Source: a candidate division FCPU426 bacterium (lineage in GTDB: Bacteria > Oederibacteriota > JAAXVQ01 > JAUVAV01). From it: a stretch of 64,000 nucleotides of DNA. Every line of letters starts with the position of its first letter. Positions within the stretch are counted from its first letter, which is position 1. Under the pieces are notes generated by a model, which saw nothing but the letters and a program-made list of their open reading frames with translations, was not told the origin of the DNA and ran no database searches. The position numbers and the translations under genes are program-made. Shown here one piece after another: positions 27,895-35,100 of this stretch. The stretch is taken from positions 1,452,399-1,516,398 of the forward strand of contig JBFLYH010000001.1 in NCBI GenBank assembly GCA_040756875.1, in the 5' to 3' direction.

Positions 27895-30324
27895 CTAGTC
27901 AACTTTCTTCTTTTTTTCCGAATAAGCCAGCCTTTCCTCGCGCGTGGCCAGGCGCAGGCGTTTAAGTTCCTCGTACACCATCTTCTCGCTGAGGTGGTCC
28001 ACCTCGAACCCGGCCTCGGACATGGCCTGCAGCAGGCGCGTAGGCCCTAAGTCAGGGTTGGAGATGATCAATTCCAGGATCTGCCTCCGCTCCTCCAGGG
28101 ACAATTGCTGCATTTGGGCGTCCTTGCGCTGAACCGTTTCCTTCAATCCCCGCAGCCCGTACTTGTCCCGCAGCTGCTTCAGGCGGTAATACGTGGTGGG
28201 CGACACGTTCAAGTGCCGGCAGGCTTCCCGCACGGGCACGCCCTGGCGTTCCACCAGGTAGAACAGCTTGCGGCGCAGATTGAACTGCACGTCGTCCGCC
28301 ATCATCTTTTCCTTGATGGCCACGCAGGTGATGTCGTCATTTTGCGGATAATCCTCGGTGAAGCGCGCGATATCCTCGGACAGTTTCTGCACGAACTCCT
28401 CGGCCGACAAGTCATGGTGCTGCCGGACCAGGTCCAGGAGCCGCTTCTCTCCGAACTGTTCCCGCCGGGGATTCATGGCCTCGGTGATGCCGTCCGTGTA
28501 CAGGAGCAGCACGTCCCCTTTCTTCAGCTTCACGGTCTCCTGGGTCAGCGATTTCTGGAACAAATCGGGATTGGGAAGGTCGATCCCCACGGGAAATCCC
28601 CGGGGCTTGAGATAATAAATCTGGTCCGTCTCCTCGCGGTAGAGGATCATGGGGTTGTGCCCCGCGCAGGTGTATTGGATGATGCGCCGCCGGGAATCCA
28701 GGATGATATAGAACATGGTCACGAACATGCCTTTTTTCATGTCGCGGGTCACGAAGTTGTTCACCTTGGCCATGACGTCCGTGGCGTTGTGGTTGTTGCG
28801 GGCTTCCAGGCGCAGGGCGGTGCGGATCATGGTCATGACCAGCGACCCGGGGATGCCTTTGCCGGACACGTCCGCTACGGCGATGCCCAGCACGTTGTCA
28901 TCCACCCACACGAAGTCGAAATAATCGCCGCCCACTTCCTTGGCCGAGCGGTACATGGAAGAGACGTCGTAGCCTTCGATCTGCGGCAGCTCCCGCGGCA
29001 GCAGCGTATGCTGGATTTCCTGCGCCACCTGCATTTCCTGCTGGATGCGTTCCTGTTCCAGTAGGTTCCGCTGGGCCTGGTTGAAGCGGCGGGTCATGTC
29101 GTTGAAGACTTTGGCGATCTGGCCGAACTCGTCGTTGCTTTGGATGATGATTTGATGGTCCAGGCGGCCCTGGCTCACGGCCAGCATGCCGTCCGTGAGT
29201 TTTCGGATCGGCGCCACCAGGAACGTCATCAGAAAGTACGCGCCCGAGGTGCTGACCACCATGGCCACGAGGAACATGATCAAGGCGCCGCGCCGGCCTT
29301 TCCGGATCTCCTCGCCGATGGCGGCTTCCCGCACGCCCACAAAAGCCGTTCCCAAGCGCAGGTCGCCCAGGAAGATCGGATAGGCGATTTCATGCACTTG
29401 GCCGGCCTGGGGATCGTCGATCTCGTTGCGGGCCGCCTCGCGGCCATGCGGCAGTTTAGCGCCCGCCGGCGGGACATAGGTGGTAAACAGGCGGGTGGTC
29501 TGCGAGTGGGCCCAGATGACGCCGCTGTTGTCCAGAATGAAGGCATACGCCAGCTTGGGATTGGTGCGGATCAGGGTCTTCACCACCGTGGCCAGATGCA
29601 GGTCGTCCTGTTTCAGCAGGTAATTTTCCGCATCACGGGCCAGCTGCCGGGTCAGTTCGGTGGTATTGGACAAAATCTCCGAACGCAGGCTTTGGGCCAG
29701 GTTGGTGAACATATAAGCGAATATCACCAGCACCAGTACGGCCACCGAGGCGGTGACCGGGAAAAGATACTTGAAGCTGACGCGGCTGAAACGGTGGGGT
29801 TTGGCCGCGGCTTCGAACGGCACCGGCAGGGTCGTTTCCGGCAAATGGGCCGGCGCGATCAGCGGAACAGGTTCCCGGGTGCGCTTGAGCAGGCGCAGCT
29901 CGTTCTCGCCGCGGACGGTCTGATATTCGGTCTCGTCCATCAGTTTGCGGATAAACCAGATGCCGAGGCCGCCGCGCTTCCCGATCTCCACGTACCGGTT
30001 CAAATCGGGCGTTTTGGACTTTTTCCATTCGAAGCTCTTGCCTGAATCCCGGATGAAAATCTCGAGTTCCCCTTCCCGACGGTCCACGCGCAGGCGGATC
30101 ATCCCGGGGTCCATGCCTTTGTAGGCGTGCCGGATCACGTTGGAACAGGCCTCGTCCAGGGCGAGCTTGATGTTGTTCATCTCGTTCGGGTTGAAATGGG
30201 CCTCGGCCGCAGCCCGCGTGATGAAGTCGCGGATGTCCCCCAGATGGCGCTCGTCGGCCGGCACTTCCAGGTCATACGTCTGCAGGATGGGTTTTCGGAA
30301 CAGGCCTTTCAATAAACCGGGCAA
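27895..30324 (-). CDS. Membrane RsbW-type kinase / HAMP / SpoIIE (PP2C) phosphatase / HTH fusion
   Basis: DEACSNVIRHAY, DSG, GGLG; two TMs; HAMP DEFGQIA; GGDYFD, DVSGKG, YTDGITEA, DDIT; C-terminal tandem HTH. Confidence 0.88.
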   Translation of the reverse strand: MPGLLKGLFRKPILQTYDLEVPADERHLGDIRDFITRAAAEAHFNPNEMNNIKLALDEACSNVIRHAYKGMDPGMIRLRVDRREGELEIFIRDSGKSFEWKKSKTPDLNRYVEIGKRGGLGIWFIRKLMDETEYQTVRGENELRLLKRTREPVPLIAPAHLPETTLPVPFEAAAKPHRFSRVSFKYLFPVTASVAVLVLVIFAYMFTNLAQSLRSEILSNTTELTRQLARDAENYLLKQDDLHLATVVKTLIRTNPKLAYAFILDNSGVIWAHSQTTRLFTTYVPPAGAKLPHGREAARNEIDDPQAGQVHEIAYPIFLGDLRLGTAFVGVREAAIGEEIRKGRRGALIMFLVAMVVSTSGAYFLMTFLVAPIRKLTDGMLAVSQGRLDHQIIIQSNDEFGQIAKVFNDMTRRFNQAQRNLLEQERIQQEMQVAQEIQHTLLPRELPQIEGYDVSSMYRSAKEVGGDYFDFVWVDDNVLGIAVADVSGKGIPGSLVMTMIRTALRLEARNNHNATDVMAKVNNFVTRDMKKGMFVTMFYIILDSRRRIIQYTCAGHNPMILYREETDQIYYLKPRGFPVGIDLPNPDLFQKSLTQETVKLKKGDVLLLYTDGITEAMNPRREQFGEKRLLDLVRQHHDLSAEEFVQKLSEDIARFTEDYPQNDDITCVAIKEKMMADDVQFNLRRKLFYLVERQGVPVREACRHLNVSPTTYYRLKQLRDKYGLRGLKETVQRKDAQMQQLSLEERRQILELIISNPDLGPTRLLQAMSEAGFEVDHLSEKMVYEELKRLRLATREERLAYSEKKKKVD

Positions 30325-30458
30325 TGCAGCAGTCCTTCCTTTGGGTTTCCCCTATTGTACCATAACCTAACAGGGTGCTGAAAAACCCATATATTCCGCT
30401 AGCACCCTGCACTGACCCTCTATGACAAATAAAGCTGGCAGGGCCAGCACCTGACGGT

Positions 30459-30493
30459 TACCCCATGAAAAATCCCCGATTTTTCACGGGGTA
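30459..30493. terminator. Long hairpin downstream of the PorV-like gene (probable terminator)
   Basis: taccccatgaaaaatc-ccc-gatttttcacggggta. Confidence 0.55.
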
Positions 30494-30546
30494 TTCCATG
30501 CAATGCAATCGAAAAAGACCGCTCTGAGGGCTTGTTCATTAGTCCG

Positions 30547-32139
30547 CTATTTTTTCACGGGTGCCGGCGCGGGCGGTTTTTCTTCCTCTTCGACCTCTGA
30601 TTGGATCGCCTGCATCCGGGCGATCCGGGTCCGCGCCTCGTCGATATTGCGGATCACCAGCAGGTTGTTGGGTTCTGTTTCCAATATCTTATTCCAGACT
30701 AAAATGGCTTTGACGAAATCGTTGGCCACGTAGAAATCGATGCCCTGATAGTACAGCTGCAGTGATTTGTCGTTCATAAAGCGGGTCTGACCGCCGAGCT
30801 GCTGCCGGGTCCGGGCCAGATAAAGCTGGACCTGGAGGTAATTGGGATCGTACTTTTCCACGGTCTCGAACTCCACCAGCGCCTGCTTGAAATTCTTTGT
30901 CAGGTAATCCTCGATGCCCTGGAAATAATGGAGCGCCTTGAAATATTCGTCCGCCACCGCGGCCTTCCGCTGTTCGGCCTGGCGCCGGCGTTCGGCGGCC
31001 AGCTGCTGCTCTCCTTGGACGATCAGCGCCTGTTTTTCCCGGCGGTGCCGGCGCTCGGTGTTGCGCATGATCTGTTCCATGGCCTCGCTGGCCTTGGCCA
31101 CGGCTTCCTGCGCGCGGCGCTGAGCTTCCTTGTCCAGTTCGGCCTCGCGCCGGCGCTCCCGTTCGGCTTTCTGTTCGGACAGCCGGGGCCCGAACCGGTA
31201 GGACAGGGTGACCCGGTGAGTAAGCCCCAGGGCTTCCGAGGCCAGGGCGTAATCCAACGCCAAGCCGGCGTACTGCACGCCTCCGCCGGCTGTCCATCCG
31301 TCCGCGTTCAGGCCGCCGCGCAAGGCCAGCAGATCCCACACGCCGTACTCCAGGCCCCCCGAGAATTGCGACGACCGCCAGGTAGAGCGCTCCCAGGCGC
31401 CGCAGACCAGGAATTGCTGCTTCAGGGAGTCTTGGGTGCGGTAGCGATAAGCCATACCGGCCTTCCAATTCAACGGAATCCGGTCTTCAACCGCTCCCAG
31501 GCGCGTGACCGGGCCAACCAGATTTTGCAGCATGAGGCCGAAGGTCAGGCCGCTCCAATCGAATCCGCCCTGGCTGAAGGCATCGCGCGGAAGACGGTAA
31601 TGCAGGCCGAGATCCAGCCCCACGCCCGCGTCGAAATCGCCCAGCAACCGCATCTGGTCGATTTTCACCGTCGCGCCGGCCCGCAGTCCCCCGAAAAGCT
31701 CGCGGCCGTATCCCAGCAGATACTCGCGCAGATCCAGGCTGCCTTCGACGCCGGTAAGGTGCGAGCGTTCGTCACGGACAAGAATGCCGCCCGAAGCCAG
31801 GCGTACGGCGCCCAGGGCGAAGGTCCCCCAGTCCAGCAAGGGATACGCCACGCCCAAAAAATCATAGGGCGTTTCGTAGAACAGGCTGATGTGCATGGCA
31901 GAGATTTCCACCTGGTCCAACAAAGCCAGCCCCGCCGGATTCCAGAATAAAGACGTGACGTCCTCGGCGACCGCGGTGTAGCCGGAGCCCAGGGCCAGCG
32001 CGCGGGAGCCCGCGCCCAATTCAAACGGGCTGTTGGTCCCGGCATCCGCGACCACGGCCGCGACCGGCAGGGGCGACAGCCACGCGGCTGCCAGCCACAG
32101 CCCGCAGAGTAAGTGCTTTGTCCGTTTATCAACCGGCAT
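30547..32139 (-). CDS. PorV/PorQ-like outer-membrane beta-barrel with C-terminal coiled coil and TPR
   Basis: Signal peptide; GAGSRALALG...AEDVTSLFWNPAGLA; alternating beta strands ending HRVTLSYRF; TPR tail. Confidence 0.8.
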   Translation of the reverse strand: MPVDKRTKHLLCGLWLAAAWLSPLPVAAVVADAGTNSPFELGAGSRALALGSGYTAVAEDVTSLFWNPAGLALLDQVEISAMHISLFYETPYDFLGVAYPLLDWGTFALGAVRLASGGILVRDERSHLTGVEGSLDLREYLLGYGRELFGGLRAGATVKIDQMRLLGDFDAGVGLDLGLHYRLPRDAFSQGGFDWSGLTFGLMLQNLVGPVTRLGAVEDRIPLNWKAGMAYRYRTQDSLKQQFLVCGAWERSTWRSSQFSGGLEYGVWDLLALRGGLNADGWTAGGGVQYAGLALDYALASEALGLTHRVTLSYRFGPRLSEQKAERERRREAELDKEAQRRAQEAVAKASEAMEQIMRNTERRHRREKQALIVQGEQQLAAERRRQAEQRKAAVADEYFKALHYFQGIEDYLTKNFKQALVEFETVEKYDPNYLQVQLYLARTRQQLGGQTRFMNDKSLQLYYQGIDFYVANDFVKAILVWNKILETEPNNLLVIRNIDEARTRIARMQAIQSEVEEEEKPPAPAPVKK

Positions 32140-32148
32140 GATGCATCC

Positions 32149-35100
32149 TCATTTGATCACCGCGATTTTCAGCATGTGCCGCTTGGTTTCCCCGCCGGCG
32201 GCGGGGGTGATTTCGAGCACGGCAAAGTAGAGACCGTTGAGAACCACCTGACCGCTGCCATTGCGCCCGTCCCACGGGATGTGGCGCAGGATCGAAGCGC
32301 CGGTCTGCGTTTCCTCGCCGACCAAAACCCGCACCAATTCACCCACGACGTTGTAGATCTTGAGGCTGACGCGGGCGTCACTTTCCAGGAAATAATCGAT
32401 CGATGTGCTTTGCCGTCCGGCCGCGAACGGATTGGGATAATTGATGTAAGAAGAAGCCAGCGACCGCCGGGTGATGACCACTTCGTTCGAGAACATCGGG
32501 AAAACATCCCCAAATGCCGGGCGCACCTGCATGCCCACGTCGTCCAGGAAGCGGCAATCCACCTCGGCGTCGGTGGAGACGCCCAGGCGCAAGGATTCCC
32601 GGCTCGAGGCCGGGTTCAGGTTGACCTGAATGCGCAGAATGTGGGGTTCATCGGGCGCGATGGTCACCGCCAGCGCCGGGAAGCCGACGAACTGGCGGTC
32701 CGTGGCGGACGTCACGTTGACCGAAACCAGTATGGCCGCCCCGTCCCAGACCGTGATGGTGGAAAGAATGTCATTCGCCGGAATGCCGGCTCCCAGGTGA
32801 TCCTGAACGGTCAAAGTAACGCCGCGCAGTTGATACAAGGCCGATCCGGTGGAGTTGGGATTGGTGAATTCCAATTCCAGCATATCCACGCCCGGTTCGC
32901 CGGTAATGGCGGTGATCGGCGCCAGCGAGGCGTGGCCGACATAAACGTAGGGATTGCCCGGCCGCGGACCCGTATCCACGGGTATCGGGTCCGTCACGCC
33001 GTCCAAAACGAACGTATTGGTCGTGTCCTGTGCGGTGATGGTGTAGGTCAGGTTCGGCTCCATGAACCGGACGTTGAACGTTGCTTCGCCGTTGGCCAGC
33101 GTGACCGTGGCCGGCAGATCCCGCACCTGGTTGGGGGCGGCGGAGGTGGAGAGCGCCAGGCTGTCGTTCAACGGCACGATCTGGTAGGTCGTCATGTTCA
33201 GGACCCTGACCGTGATGGAAACCAGGTAGCCGGCATCCACCGGCACAATGACGCCGGCCTTGCCCGGCGGAGTTCCGGGCGTGAAGAATTCGTTGGGCAC
33301 GATCAGCACCAGCTGGTACACCGGCGTCGGCGTCACGGTGGGCGTGATCGTGCTTGTCGGCGTAATGGTCTGGGTTTGCGTGGCCGTGGCGCTCGGCGTA
33401 GGCGTCGAGGTTTGCGTCGAGGTCATGGTCACAGTCTCGGTTTGAGTGAACGTTCCGGTCTGCGTATAGGTCAGCGTTTGCGTGCTGGTTCCGGTCTGGG
33501 TGGCGGTGACAGTATACGTCGGCGTCTGGGTGAACGTGGGCGTAGAGGTGGCCGTGTCGGTGGGCGTGGCCGTGAACACCGGCGTATCCGTCGGGGTCGC
33601 CGTAAAGGTGGCAGTATCCGTGGGCGTCACGGTAAAGGTCGGCGTTACGGTGGAAGTGGCGGTGATGACCGACACGTATTGCACCTTGGTCACCGTAGTC
33701 GTGGTTTGGTAGGTACCGTCGTTAAGATAAGAGCTCCAATAATAGACACCGCCCGTACCCGGCGCGGTGGCTGTAAGGGTTATGCTGTCGTAGGCGCCCG
33801 CCGACCAGGGCGAGGCGTACGTAATTTGGATTTGGCTTCCGGCAAATGAAACCAATCCGCCCAACACGTTCGAGGAGGGTGTCATGGGCACGGTCCAGCC
33901 GTTGGGAATGGATATATACACTTGGTTAATGTCTCCCAGCGAGCGCGCGATGACCGTGTATTCGAAGTTTTGCGTTTGATTGAGCAACACCGTATTGGGC
34001 TGAATATGAGCATCAGCCGCCGGCGTAATCGTCGAAGTGACGGTGGGTGTCGCGGTCACAGTCGACGTATCCGTCGGCGTAGGTGTAACGGTCGGAGTAT
34101 CCGTGGCCGTGGGTGTCGCGGTCTGGGTCGCGGTCGAGGTCGCCGTATCCGTCGGCGTGGATGTGAATGTCGCCGTGTCCGTCGGCGTGGATGTGAACGT
34201 CGCCGTGTCCGTCGGCGTCGCCGTGAACGTCGCCGTATCCGTCGGCGTCGCTGTGAACGTCGCCGTATCCGTCGGCGTGGCTGTGAACGTCGCCGTATCC
34301 GTCGGCGTCGCTGTGAACGTCGCCGTATCCGTCGGCGTGGCTGTGAACGTCGCCGTATCCGTCGGCGTGGCTGTGAACGTCGCCGTATCCGTCGGTGTCG
34401 CTGTGAACGTCGCCGTATCCGTCGGTGTCGCCGTGAACGTCGCCGTATCCGTCGGCGTCGCTGTGAACGTCGCCGTATCCGTCGGCGTGGCTGTGAACGT
34501 CGCCGTATCCGTCGGCGTGGCTGTGAACGTCGCCGTATCCGTCGGCGTCGCTGTGAACGTCGCCGTATCCGTCGGCGTCGCCGTGAACGTCGCCGTATCC
34601 GTCGGCGTCGCTGTGAACGTCGCCGTATCCGTCGGTGTCGCCGTGAACGTCGCCGTATCCGTCGGTGTCGCCGTGAACGTCGCCGTATCCGTCGGCGTCG
34701 CTGTGAACGTCGCCGTATCCGTCGGCGTCGCCGTGAACGTCGGGGTATGGGTGGATGTGGCGGTTGCAGTATAAACCTGTACATATTGCACTTTGCTCGC
34801 CGGCGTGGCAGCGGCATAAGCGCCGTTGTTTAAATATCCGCTCCAGTAATAGTAACCGCCTGTGCCCGGCGCGGTCGCCGTCAGCGTGATGCTGTCAAAC
34901 GCGCCGGAAGCCAGGGGCGGCGAATAGGTCACCATGATCCTTCCGCCGTTGAATGCCACGTTCCCCATCTGCACGTTCGAAACCGGCGTGCCTGGCACTG
35001 ACCAGCCCGCGGGAATTTCGATGTACAGCGTATCGACCACCCCGCCAGTGGTAATCAGCACATACTCAAAATCGCGGATTTGCCAGGGATCGCTGGCAAT

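Noticed and set aside
27895-28290. Intact IS element at the end of the phosphatase gene
   Set aside because: Only an in-frame HTH region; no DDE domain, terminal IRs or target duplication
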